A stretch of 64,000 nucleotides of DNA from Candidatus Woesearchaeota archaeon (GCA_964355135.1 CAYHCG010000001.1:146138-210137); one strand, 5' to 3'; positions 55,242 to 64,000 are shown, counted from the stretch's first letter. The notes: generated by a model not told the origin, from the sequence alone. Translations and numbers: made by a program.

Positions 55242-58200
55242 TAAAATACTACTTTTAGCAATCTTATTAGTGTTATTGCCATTGACTTCGGCTATTAGCG
55301 GGATAATTGGAAATACCAATGTTCAGATGAATGGGGAAGCAGGAAAATCCTATGAGAACTATATTTTAGTAAAAAACAGCAATAGTTTTCCGGTTAAGAT
55401 AACTTTAACAGGTGTAGAAGACATTAGCGATAAAATAGTATTTAGAGATAATAACTTTACTCTAGAAAGCCAGCAACAGCAGAAAGCATATTTCAATCTT
55501 AGCTCGGAGGAAACAGGAATTTTTGATGGCAATATAAGAGTAAGATTTGCAGGAAATGGAACAAGCCTTACTTTATCTTCATCTGTAAAATTCACTGTGA
55601 CTAATTCCACAGGCGATGAGGAAGAGGAAGAAGAGCAAAATGAGACTATTCTAGTAACTACCTTCATAGATTCGCCAGCAGTCGCAGGAGAGGAGTTAAC
55701 TGTCAGAGCAGAAATCACTAACTTAGGAGAAGATGGAGAATTTTCTATTGATGTGATGGATTATGAAAACTGGGCAATACTAGATGAATTATCAAATGAT
55801 ACTATTGAAATTGGTGAAAATTCTACTGAAGAAGTCACATTATTATTTACTATTAAAGAAAGCGCAGCGGGAGAGCAGTCATTTACATTGGAAGTGAGTG
55901 ATGGACTGCAAACCCAAACGCAGGAAGTGACTGTGCTAGTTGAAGGACTAGGCGGAGATGACACCTCAATAATTCCTTTTATAGGAAATACTAGTATGAC
56001 TATCAATGGTTTTATTGGAGATAACTTAAGCAGAAGCATACTAGTGAAAAATGTCAATGACTTCCCTATTACTGTAAATATCACTACTACTAATGCAAGC
56101 ATCGTTTTACTTGATAAGAGCTTAAACTTGAATCCTGGGGAATCAGCGCAGGCCAGATTTACAGCTAAAATAAACAGCACTGGCACAAAAGAAAACAGAC
56201 TTAGCTTCCAGTTCAATGCTAATGGAAGAGACAGCGCCACATTATCTTCAACTATTATTTTAATAGGGCAAGCAAGACTGCGAGCAGATGTTGCTTATAT
56301 TGTAAGAAACTTGAACGGGGTTGACCAGAACTTACTCAATGAAATTAGGGCTTTAGGATATACTTATGAAACACTCCAGGAACCGCAGTTGTCTAGCGTC
56401 AATCTTAATGAATTTAGACTGCTTGTTATTGGAGACCAGGATCTAGTAGATCCTGCTGCTATTCCTATTGAAAAACATAAAACATTGATACTCAATTCTT
56501 ATGATTATTATAAATTAAGTAATGGAGACACTCAACTAGGATGGAGCGGCGCTAAAAGCTCTACCACAAGTCCTAAGATGAAAGTGAGAAATCTCATTAG
56601 CCCAATATCTTTGGGTATGGCCGAAGAATTTAATTCTTACAGTGTGAATACTGGGAAAAATAATATTCTTAAGGGACAGAAGCCAACAGGAACAGATATT
56701 GTAGTTTCAACTGCAACGCAGAGCGCTGACGCCACTATAGCTTCGTTAGATAAGGGCAAGAAACTCTTAAATGGAAGGACACTTGCAGAAAGGCATGTAT
56801 TCTTTGGGTTTACACAAGCAAGATACTGGACAAGCGATACTAAGAAGGCATTTAAGAATTCAATCAATTGGCTTTTAGTTGGAGAAGATAGAGACGCAGA
56901 TGGCTTCTTCTCAGATACTGATTGTAATGATAATAATTTTAATGTGAATCCTGGAGCTTTAGAAGTAGCTTATGATGGGCTAGACAATGATTGTGTGGGT
57001 GGAGACTTAAAAGATGTTGACAGAGATGGATTTGATGCTATGATAGCTGGTGGAAACGACTGTGATGATCAAGATACTGCGACAAACCCTGCATCTAGTG
57101 ATGTAATGCTAAACTGCCGCAATGACGCTCCTACTGTAGCAGATATTCAACAAATCAGAGTAAGTGAGACTGAAATAGTAGTTGTAGCTGTAAACGCTAA
57201 TGATCCTGAAGGTGATGAATTAGATTATTCTATAACTGAGCCTAATTTTGTTAAAGTTGGGAACACCTTCAGCTGGTTGACAACACTTGAAGATGAAGGC
57301 AATTATACATTCACTGTAACTGTGTCTGATGGGGAGTTTAGTGTTGAAGAACTGGTTCAAGTCGAAGTAACCAAATTTAATAGAGCGCCATTATTGTTTG
57401 AGAATATTCCTGCTGTAGCATGGGGAGAGGATAGATATGCGCAAATAGACTTATTCTCTTACTTTATAGATGAAGATGGAGATAGTTTGACTTTTGGGGT
57501 TAATCTAACTTCCGGCAATATTACTATAGAAGCTATTGATGAAGATACATTCAAATTTACCTCAGCAGAAAATTGGAATGGAGAAGGAAGCGTTGTGTTC
57601 TGGGCGAGTGATGGAGAAAAAATAACTTTGTCTAATACTTTGGAAGTATATGTAATTCCATTAAACGATCCTCTCCTGTTCAAGGGAAGTATAGCTGATA
57701 TAACTCTAAATGAAGATACTAATCTAACTAATGCTATAGATCTTAGTGATTACTTTATAGATGTGGATGGAGACGAGTTGACTTATGCCTTTGAAAAAGA
57801 CAAGGCTGGAGTAGATATTGTAATAGAGAATGATTCAGTAAGCTTCTATCCGACTAGAGATTTCAATGGTGATTTCAAGGTAATCTTTGAGGCAAGTGAT
57901 TCCGAGTACACTGCTAAATCAAATTATGTGAACGTGGAAGTAAACGCTAGAGGCGAATTGCCTATACTTACAGAATTAAGATGTGTTACTGATATAGAAG
58001 AGGACTCAATCTATGAATGTGAATTAAGCGCAGAAGATGGGGAAATAACTAGAGAAGGGGAAGATAATCTTACTTTCTCTATAGGGACTCAAAATAATTT
58101 AGAATGCTCTGTAGTAGGCAATGTCCTAACTTATAATGCAAAGAAAGATTACAATGGGGCCGCATGGTGTGAAGTTATAGTAAGTGATAAAGATGGAAGT

Positions 58201-59601
58201 GATTCTGAAAAACTTGAAGTTAGCGTTGGCGCTGTAAATGATGGTCCAAGAATTCTTTCTTATACTCCTACAGAAGACTCTGTGACAATCATAGAAGGAA
58301 GAAGCAAAGAATTCAGAATGAATGCCGGAGATATCGATTCCAACCCAACTATATCCTGGATTGTAAATGGTGAAGTAAGAGCAAGTGATAGCGGAGGGCA
58401 ATCAACGTACATTTTCTCACAACCACCAGGATTCTATTTGCTTGAAGCAAAAGTAAGAGACTCCGCTTTTAGTGAGAGCAGAGTATGGAGCGTTATTGTT
58501 GGACCTACTAGTGATTTCACCTGTTCAGAAGTGGGCGGATTTATAATAGCTGAGCGTGAAACATGTGCTGGATCATTAATAGCTGTAAGAGACAGCTCTG
58601 CATGCTGCTCCATAAGAGGGTCTCCTTCATTTAGTGATGCAGATGCTTGCCAACTCATAAATAACAGTGTCAGTATAGAAATAACTGACCCTGAAAGCGA
58701 TGATGAACTTTTCATTGGTGATGATATAAGAATAAACTTAAACATTGATAATAACTTGGATGAAGACCAGGACTTTGATATTGAAGCTCATTTGTACAAT
58801 ATGGATGGAGATAAGTCTGAAAACTCCGTCGATACTAGTTTTGAAATAGAGGCAGGCAGATCAAGAAACGTCCGCTTAGACCTAGAAGTTCCTAGTGATA
58901 TTGATCTAGATGAGAATTACGCTTTATTTGTGACTGTGCAGGACGAAGTCTGCTCACAGACATATAGGGAAATAGAATTAGAGAGACCTGCACAACAGGT
59001 AGAAATAACTGATTTTAGCTTGGCTGGCACAGTTATGTGCGGAACAAGCTTAGATACTAGAGTAAAAATTGAGAATTTAGGCTCTGATGATCAGGATGTA
59101 AGGATAAAAATTGCAAATAGAGACTTGAAAATAAGCGAAGAGACTGAAGTTTTCGAATTGAAAGAATTTGACGAAAGCGATGACAAAGAAACTAAAGAGT
59201 TCAGCCTAGTTATTCCTGATGACGCAGAAGAAGGAACTTACGAAATAGAAGCAACCGTATACTTTAATGGTAAGAGCCAGACTGTCAAAGAAAAGACTAT
59301 TGTAGAATGTCCTAGTCAAAGACCTGTTGAAAGTCAGAGCGTATCAACTTCAGCAACACTACCATTAAATGAGAGGATTAAACTTAATAGCGTTAATTAT
59401 ACTGAGAAAGTAGAGAAAAGATTTGGTTTGAGTCTAGCTTTAATATTAACTGTTGCTAATTTTGTTATGCTACTAGTGATATTCACCGCTGCAAGAAACT
59501 GGAAACGGAGAAAACTAGAGAACGATTTAGAAGTATTAAGAACAAGAGTTTTCATTAGCGAAGATGAATTAGCTGCTAAAGAAGCGAAGAAAAAGAAGTA
59601 A
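55234..59601 (+). CDS. giant multi-domain surface protein with a C-terminal TM anchor
   Basis: The GTG start overlaps the upstream stop by 8 nt. A signal peptide is present. The protein contains CARDB-like domains, a roughly 200-aa domain shared with 48441-52037, MopE-like motifs (DRDADGFFSDTDCNDNN...NPGALEVAYDGLDNDC), four cadherin/Ig-like units (NDAP/NRAP/NDPL/NDGP starts), a TM segment and a Lys-rich tail. Confidence 0.85.
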   Translation: MNNKILLLAILLVLLPLTSAISGIIGNTNVQMNGEAGKSYENYILVKNSNSFPVKITLTGVEDISDKIVFRDNNFTLESQQQQKAYFNLSSEETGIFDGNIRVRFAGNGTSLTLSSSVKFTVTNSTGDEEEEEEQNETILVTTFIDSPAVAGEELTVRAEITNLGEDGEFSIDVMDYENWAILDELSNDTIEIGENSTEEVTLLFTIKESAAGEQSFTLEVSDGLQTQTQEVTVLVEGLGGDDTSIIPFIGNTSMTINGFIGDNLSRSILVKNVNDFPITVNITTTNASIVLLDKSLNLNPGESAQARFTAKINSTGTKENRLSFQFNANGRDSATLSSTIILIGQARLRADVAYIVRNLNGVDQNLLNEIRALGYTYETLQEPQLSSVNLNEFRLLVIGDQDLVDPAAIPIEKHKTLILNSYDYYKLSNGDTQLGWSGAKSSTTSPKMKVRNLISPISLGMAEEFNSYSVNTGKNNILKGQKPTGTDIVVSTATQSADATIASLDKGKKLLNGRTLAERHVFFGFTQARYWTSDTKKAFKNSINWLLVGEDRDADGFFSDTDCNDNNFNVNPGALEVAYDGLDNDCVGGDLKDVDRDGFDAMIAGGNDCDDQDTATNPASSDVMLNCRNDAPTVADIQQIRVSETEIVVVAVNANDPEGDELDYSITEPNFVKVGNTFSWLTTLEDEGNYTFTVTVSDGEFSVEELVQVEVTKFNRAPLLFENIPAVAWGEDRYAQIDLFSYFIDEDGDSLTFGVNLTSGNITIEAIDEDTFKFTSAENWNGEGSVVFWASDGEKITLSNTLEVYVIPLNDPLLFKGSIADITLNEDTNLTNAIDLSDYFIDVDGDELTYAFEKDKAGVDIVIENDSVSFYPTRDFNGDFKVIFEASDSEYTAKSNYVNVEVNARGELPILTELRCVTDIEEDSIYECELSAEDGEITREGEDNLTFSIGTQNNLECSVVGNVLTYNAKKDYNGAAWCEVIVSDKDGSDSEKLEVSVGAVNDGPRILSYTPTEDSVTIIEGRSKEFRMNAGDIDSNPTISWIVNGEVRASDSGGQSTYIFSQPPGFYLLEAKVRDSAFSESRVWSVIVGPTSDFTCSEVGGFIIAERETCAGSLIAVRDSSACCSIRGSPSFSDADACQLINNSVSIEITDPESDDELFIGDDIRINLNIDNNLDEDQDFDIEAHLYNMDGDKSENSVDTSFEIEAGRSRNVRLDLEVPSDIDLDENYALFVTVQDEVCSQTYREIELERPAQQVEITDFSLAGTVMCGTSLDTRVKIENLGSDDQDVRIKIANRDLKISEETEVFELKEFDESDDKETKEFSLVIPDDAEEGTYEIEATVYFNGKSQTVKEKTIVECPSQRPVESQSVSTSATLPLNERIKLNSVNYTEKVEKRFGLSLALILTVANFVMLLVIFTAARNWKRRKLENDLEVLRTRVFISEDELAAKEAKKKK

Positions 59602-59606
59602 ACAAC

Positions 59607-60329
59607 TCAATTAAAAGTTTCTAAATAAGTCTCTAAAGCAGAAACAAAACCTGCCCTTTTTCTTTTATCTTTAGTTGGATGTATCCTAAAATAATACGCC
59701 TTGTGGATTATGTGTTTCTTCTCTTTAATGAAGTTATTCAAACCTTTCCAGGTTCTCGGAGGAAATTTCCCCAAACTCTTTTGTTCGTGAAACACGATCC
59801 AAAATACTTGTTTGATCAATTGGGAAAAGCCATATTCTCCTTTTTTGTGAAGAAGAATCGTCTGGTTCTTTAGGGTTTTTATCTCGTCCTTAAACATCTC
59901 CTCTGGTTTTCTCATAGGGTAGGTTGCTTTGTTCAATTTCTTGCCATAAACTAATTTATAATATTCTAAATCCCTTAGAAATGTGTCTGGTCTGCCTTTA
60001 AGAGGTCCGCGATGTTTTGCATTTTTATTATTTTTTAATTCTGTTAATGATATTGGCAAGAGTTCTGAAGGTTTGAGCATTTCTTTTTTTACATTACGTA
60101 CTGATTGCAGTTTCTTTAGTGTTTTATTATCTTTTACTATTGGAACAATATCCACGTCGCTTTTCTCGTTCATTTCTCTCGTAACAAAAGTTCCTTTAAT
60201 GTAGATAGAAACTATTTTGTTTTGGGGTATATTTTGGAAAAGGAACTTTATTGCCCTATTTACAGAATCAATAGCCATTTTTTCTATGGAAGTCTTGTTT
60301 TTGTAACTTATCCAAAACTCATTTATCAT
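59607..60329 (-). CDS. nucleotidyltransferase-domain protein (Pol-beta superfamily)
   Basis: IYIKGTFVTREMNEKSDVDIVPIV (G-T...D-x-D), with a helical C-terminal half. Confidence 0.55.
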   Translation of the reverse strand: MINEFWISYKNKTSIEKMAIDSVNRAIKFLFQNIPQNKIVSIYIKGTFVTREMNEKSDVDIVPIVKDNKTLKKLQSVRNVKKEMLKPSELLPISLTELKNNKNAKHRGPLKGRPDTFLRDLEYYKLVYGKKLNKATYPMRKPEEMFKDEIKTLKNQTILLHKKGEYGFSQLIKQVFWIVFHEQKSLGKFPPRTWKGLNNFIKEKKHIIHKAYYFRIHPTKDKRKRAGFVSALETYLETFN

Positions 60330-60392
60330 TATAACACTAAAGACGGCATACTTTTAATTCTTTTCCATTAATTCCACTAGTTATTTAGAAAT

Positions 60393-60782
60393 CTATTCTG
60401 CTGCTTCTAATTGACATCCGGTCTTTATAGCTAAAGCCTCTAGAGTTTGCTCTCCGGCAAGGAAAGATCCGTCTGGCATTTCCCACATAGGGTAGCTATT
60501 GACTCCTTTTTCTTCACATAGGGCAGGATTTGCGTCATCGCCTCTTGGATCACATTCTACATAATTAACGTACTGGAAAGAATTTCCAAAGCGCTGCTTT
60601 TGATTTGCGCAGTGAGGGCACCAGTATGCGCCATACATTGTTACGCCAGAAGTTGTCAAGCATTGAGCGAAAGCGTCATAGTCTCCGGGGCCTAAAGAAC
60701 CGCTCCCTCCGAACTGAGTTATTGCAAATACGATGACGCCTACAACGATTATTCCTATCAATAATTTTGTTGAAGATTGCAT
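60393..60782 (-). CDS. membrane-anchored thioredoxin-fold thiol-disulfide oxidoreductase (VKOR-associated Trx-like type)
   Basis: An N-terminal TM segment is present. MYGAYWCPHCANQKQRFG...VECDPRG...C...GVNSYPMWE includes the CPHC active site and a cis-Pro-type YP. Confidence 0.7.
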   Translation of the reverse strand: MQSSTKLLIGIIVVGVIVFAITQFGGSGSLGPGDYDAFAQCLTTSGVTMYGAYWCPHCANQKQRFGNSFQYVNYVECDPRGDDANPALCEEKGVNSYPMWEMPDGSFLAGEQTLEALAIKTGCQLEAAE

Positions 60783-60827
60783 AGAAATTATAAAAAAATA
60801 TTCTATTTAAAGTTATGTTTTTTGAGA

Positions 60828-61388
60828 TTAAGCTGCTCTCTCTAATGCTTCTGACTCTCTTAATGGAGTGTATTTTCCCTTATAACTCTGTTTTGTAATC
60901 TCCCCGCTTTTTGCTTTTGCAATCCATTTGCGGACTCCCTTTTCATCTGACATAGTAAAATAATCAACAACATGCAATTTATTTCCTTCAATGTAATAAG
61001 CTACTCTCTGCTTAGTCTGTCCGGTAGGAGAAAGGTAAAAATCCCCATATTTTTGTTTAGGCCTGTGTGCTGGATCTGCTGCAATCATCTGTACTTCATG
61101 CTGGTATCTGCCATAGTTTTCGCTTATTTTTGAATCATGCTCTGCTTTTTGCATTGCATTATGTGATATGAGTATTTCCAGCTCTCCTTCTTTTTTACCT
61201 CTGCTTTCAAGCAAAAGGACTATGCCTCCAATTAGAAACCAGAAAGCCCAGAAACCCTCTAACAACTGCCCAGAGTCATTACTAAAAACGCTAAACCCTG
61301 TAATTCCTTGGAAAGAATTTGCTAAAATGACTAAACCGATTAGAAGGAAAACAACTCCGCAAAACGTAAAGGTTCTTTTTGGCAACAT
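60828..61388 (-). CDS. two-TM protein with a C-terminal RelE/ParE-like pattern (tentative)
   Basis: Two N-terminal hydrophobic segments. LEILISHNAMQKAE...DPAHRPKQKYGDFYLSPTGQTKQRVAYYIEGNKLHVVDYF resembles the RelE/ParE layout. Confidence 0.35.
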   Translation of the reverse strand: MLPKRTFTFCGVVFLLIGLVILANSFQGITGFSVFSNDSGQLLEGFWAFWFLIGGIVLLLESRGKKEGELEILISHNAMQKAEHDSKISENYGRYQHEVQMIAADPAHRPKQKYGDFYLSPTGQTKQRVAYYIEGNKLHVVDYFTMSDEKGVRKWIAKAKSGEITKQSYKGKYTPLRESEALERAA

Positions 61389-61497
61389 CTTACTTCAATA
61401 TAATAACTATATTATTTAAATGTAATTTAAGGATTATGAGTAACTATATAGTGATTACAACAGAAAGATTTAAAAGTATACTTCCAGGACTATTTTT

Positions 61498-62562
61498 ATG
61501 GGAAAGAAGGCATTTTTTGCTGAAAGAACTGTTTCTGAAGTTAAAACTCTACACGGGAAAAGAGAACATACACAAAGAAATTTAGTCAGAGCTATTGAAA
61601 GTTTAGATCCTAAGGCAGACTACCTAGAAATAAGAGCGAGTATTATTCCTGGCAGATTTTACATAGGCGCAGAAAATAGCGCGCAAGCTTCCAGAAAATG
61701 TTTCAAGCATGGAGAACTAATTGCACTGAGTCACCCTCAAACTAAGAACGAATGCGATAAATCTCCTGAAATACCTTTAGCAATACGGGCGCGGGATTTT
61801 GAGATATTAGAAAGTATGCGAGAAGAAGATATTAATTTTGTAGGTTATTCAATGCAGCCTAATTGGGGAGACAGAATAAAGAGAGTTTTTCCCTTTGTTT
61901 TTATGCCTCAAGGAGTAAGACTCTTTACATATGCTGAAAGTCAAACTGTTGGAATTAAAGCAGATATTTATGATGATGCCAGAAAGGTTGCAACTGAAGG
62001 AGCAAGCGTTGTTGTACAAGTTCCTTCCCGAACTCAAAGAGAAGGAAGGTACAAGTACAAGTTAGTTCATGTTCCCGCTGTACGAAGCGCGCACAATCTT
62101 GCCACAGTTCTAACTATGGGGCCTGCTCTTTTACAAGATCAAGAAACAGGAGAAATTGAAAAAGGAAGAACTGAACATGATAATTATGATATAAGATATA
62201 GGCGGGAAACAGATAGAGAAGGAAGCACACTTATAAGATATTACCCTCATGACGTTGCAGCTTATATTAAGATTGCTGGAGAAAAATGGAAAGAGCATAA
62301 TTTGACTACGATGGAATTCAATCCATTTGCTTTAACTTCCCAGCATGGAGCGGATTTTTATATGAAGCTAGAAAATAATGCTGTCATTTACGATCCAACA
62401 ATTAAGAGAAAGGATAAATTAAGAAAATTACATTTAGCTGAAAAATCTATTCTCTGGGCAAGAGCCATTGGAAAATTTGGACATGATGATTTGGCTTATT
62501 GGGATCCTGCAAGAGACGGCAAATTAAAGGATTACCGCTGGAGTATTTCCGGAGGTAAGTAA
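61498..62562 (+). CDS. hypothetical protein
   Basis: 354-aa ORF. Its stop is fused to the next start (TAAATG). No motif recognised. Confidence 0.55.
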   Translation: MGKKAFFAERTVSEVKTLHGKREHTQRNLVRAIESLDPKADYLEIRASIIPGRFYIGAENSAQASRKCFKHGELIALSHPQTKNECDKSPEIPLAIRARDFEILESMREEDINFVGYSMQPNWGDRIKRVFPFVFMPQGVRLFTYAESQTVGIKADIYDDARKVATEGASVVVQVPSRTQREGRYKYKLVHVPAVRSAHNLATVLTMGPALLQDQETGEIEKGRTEHDNYDIRYRRETDREGSTLIRYYPHDVAAYIKIAGEKWKEHNLTTMEFNPFALTSQHGADFYMKLENNAVIYDPTIKRKDKLRKLHLAEKSILWARAIGKFGHDDLAYWDPARDGKLKDYRWSISGGK

Positions 62563-64000
62563 ATGGTTCAATTGAAAGATATTGACGACATTCAAGATTT
62601 AGAAATTGTTAGTTTGGATGAACTTCTAGAAAGAAGAGGTTATAAAGGCTTTAAAGAGAAATTTAAACAAATAGAGAAGAGAATTGTTGAAGAAGGAAAA
62701 GCGTCTAGCTTGACGGCTTATTTATTATACGAGCATCAATTTAGGCAGAGATCTCTAACAGAATTAGCAAGTGAAATAGGAATATGTAGGCCAAGCATAC
62801 AAAACCTGTTTAAAAACGCAAAAATTCCAAAAAGAAGTGGAGGAGAGTCTTCTAAATTAGAAAAAAATAAAAAAAAGGTAAGTGAAAAAAATAAGAGAGT
62901 AAGCGACGAAGAATGTGCTTCCTTTATGCTGGATTATGTTTTTTTTAATGACTCCATAAATCAATTAAAAGAAGATTATGGAATCAAATCCAGACCCCAG
63001 TCATTTTATAGCAGAGCAATTGATATGGGGATAATAACAAAAGAACAGTTTGAAAGAGCTGCAAAAAGAAGAAAAGAAAAATCAGATAGAAGTCAGAAAA
63101 CTCGAGCCATATTAGATTATGATGAATTAAGACAATTCTCTAGAGAATATGTTGAGTGCATCACTCCTTCTGGGGATTTACTAAAAGAATATGGCCTTAG
63201 CCAAGTTAGCCAGTCATTGGATAGAGCAATAAACCTTGGCCATATAACAAATGGAGAGAGAGAAAGAGCGGCTAAAATTAGAAAAAACAACGATTTGGGT
63301 AATAGAAAATATTCTGGAGAAAATCTAGTTGGATTTGAGAAAGGACGTACAATTTCTGAAGAAGAAAGAAAAGAAATGAGCTCTATGCGAAAGGGCGATG
63401 GCAATTCATTTTTTGGGAAGACACATACAGATGAAACAAAAGAAAGAATAAGATTGACACATGAAAACCCAGAAGCTAAACTAAGGGACAGAGAAAATGG
63501 AATTAAGGCAGCAATAAGAAATAAAAAAACAAAATTTATTTTCAATGGAAGACTATATGATTCGAACACAGAAGCAGTGGTTGCTAATCTTTTTGAAAAA
63601 TACATGCCAGGATATAAAGTAATAGAAGGAGAAACATTTCAAATTAATTCTAAATCCGGGGCATTGCTGGACTTTATTCTTCCTGATGGAAAAATCTTGG
63701 AGTGGCATCCTGTAAATATTACTTATGATGCTTCCCGAGAGGATAGACAAGCTTACAGAGAATTAATTTCACAGTTGCCTCCAAAAGAAAGAGGAGAATT
63801 CAAAAGATGGTATCATGATGAAATCGCCTTAGATTATTGGATATCCAGGCAAGAAAAAGTAGATTCTTCCCCAATTTTTCATGGTAGGGAGGTAATCCTA
63901 GTAAGAAATTTTGATGAGTTGTATAAGGAAGTATTAAGCTTTTACAATGTAGATATCCCAAATAAGAACTCTTTAAAAATAGAATATAATGAATTAAAAT
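62563..64000 (+). CDS. NUMOD3-motif DNA-binding protein, homing-endonuclease-like, 3'-truncated by the window edge (not in the supplied track)
   Basis: My own translation from ATG 62563 stays open to the window end. SGENLVGFEKGRTISEEERKEMSSMRKGDGNSFFGKTHTDETKERI matches NUMOD3. There are two HTH-like units of about 45 aa (EDYGIKSRPQSFYSRAIDMGIITKEQFERAAK and KEYGLSQVSQSLDRAINLGHITNGERERAAK). LDFILPDGKILEWHP is a possible PD-(D/E)xK-like core. Confidence 0.6.
   Translation, partial: MVQLKDIDDIQDLEIVSLDELLERRGYKGFKEKFKQIEKRIVEEGKASSLTAYLLYEHQFRQRSLTELASEIGICRPSIQNLFKNAKIPKRSGGESSKLEKNKKKVSEKNKRVSDEECASFMLDYVFFNDSINQLKEDYGIKSRPQSFYSRAIDMGIITKEQFERAAKRRKEKSDRSQKTRAILDYDELRQFSREYVECITPSGDLLKEYGLSQVSQSLDRAINLGHITNGERERAAKIRKNNDLGNRKYSGENLVGFEKGRTISEEERKEMSSMRKGDGNSFFGKTHTDETKERIRLTHENPEAKLRDRENGIKAAIRNKKTKFIFNGRLYDSNTEAVVANLFEKYMPGYKVIEGETFQINSKSGALLDFILPDGKILEWHPVNITYDASREDRQAYRELISQLPPKERGEFKRWYHDEIALDYWISRQEKVDSSPIFHGREVILVRNFDELYKEVLSFYNVDIPNKNSLKIEYNELK

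Noticed and set aside
54575-55282. 235-aa minus-strand ORF antisense to 54555-55241
   Set aside because: It is a Ser/Leu-rich shadow frame of an acidic GAA/GAT-rich coding region. The + strand product has a signal peptide, a C-terminal anchor and homology to the next gene.
63117-63750. Minus-strand ORFs 63117-63605 and 63553-63750
   Set aside because: They are antisense to the long open + frame that contains the NUMOD3 motif. Their products are low-complexity and Ser/Leu/Phe-rich.
1-64000. Search for integrase, transposase, tRNA, rRNA or CRISPR features that could explain the cassette insertions
   Set aside because: I found none by eye on either strand. Absence cannot be proven without profile searches such as tRNAscan-SE, Infernal, or HMMs for recombinases.

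Overview
This is a visibly AT-rich, gene-dense window with no rRNA, tRNA, CRISPR array, transposase or integrase that I could recognise by eye. Three features suggest a small-genome, DPANN-like archaeon, which is an inference and not proven. TATA-like boxes sit about 25 nt upstream of many start codons, which implies leaderless mRNAs. Oligo-T tracts follow genes. The gene content points the same way.

Four themes stand out:
1. A cell-surface glycosylation locus at about 10.0-14.4 kb and 23.9-34.3 kb, with four GT4 genes, one GT2, two GT-C-like membrane proteins and a flippase-like protein. It is interrupted by six toxin-antitoxin modules: three wHTH-nucleotidyltransferase/HEPN pairs, two tandem MntA/HepT pairs and one RelE pair. 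Several of these cassettes are bracketed by duplicated pieces of the neighbouring host gene. These include an 84-bp perfect direct repeat of the GT2 3' end and a decayed copy of the flippase-like gene's 3' end.
2. A four-gene tandem family at 16.9-20.1 kb. Its members share an unrecognised N-terminal head, with shuffled tails, and it is bracketed by two paralogous dual-HTH genes.
3. A surface-protein island on the + strand at 46.2-59.6 kb. It includes a 1198-aa hyper-cysteine-rich modular protein, a 1455-aa multi-domain anchored protein and smaller paralogs. A conserved roughly 32-nt upstream motif occurs in front of three of the genes, and a membrane-anchored CPHC thioredoxin-like gene lies next door.
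4. Many short orphan genes that look more G+C-rich than their neighbours.

All functional calls come from reading motifs in the supplied translations. No database search was possible.
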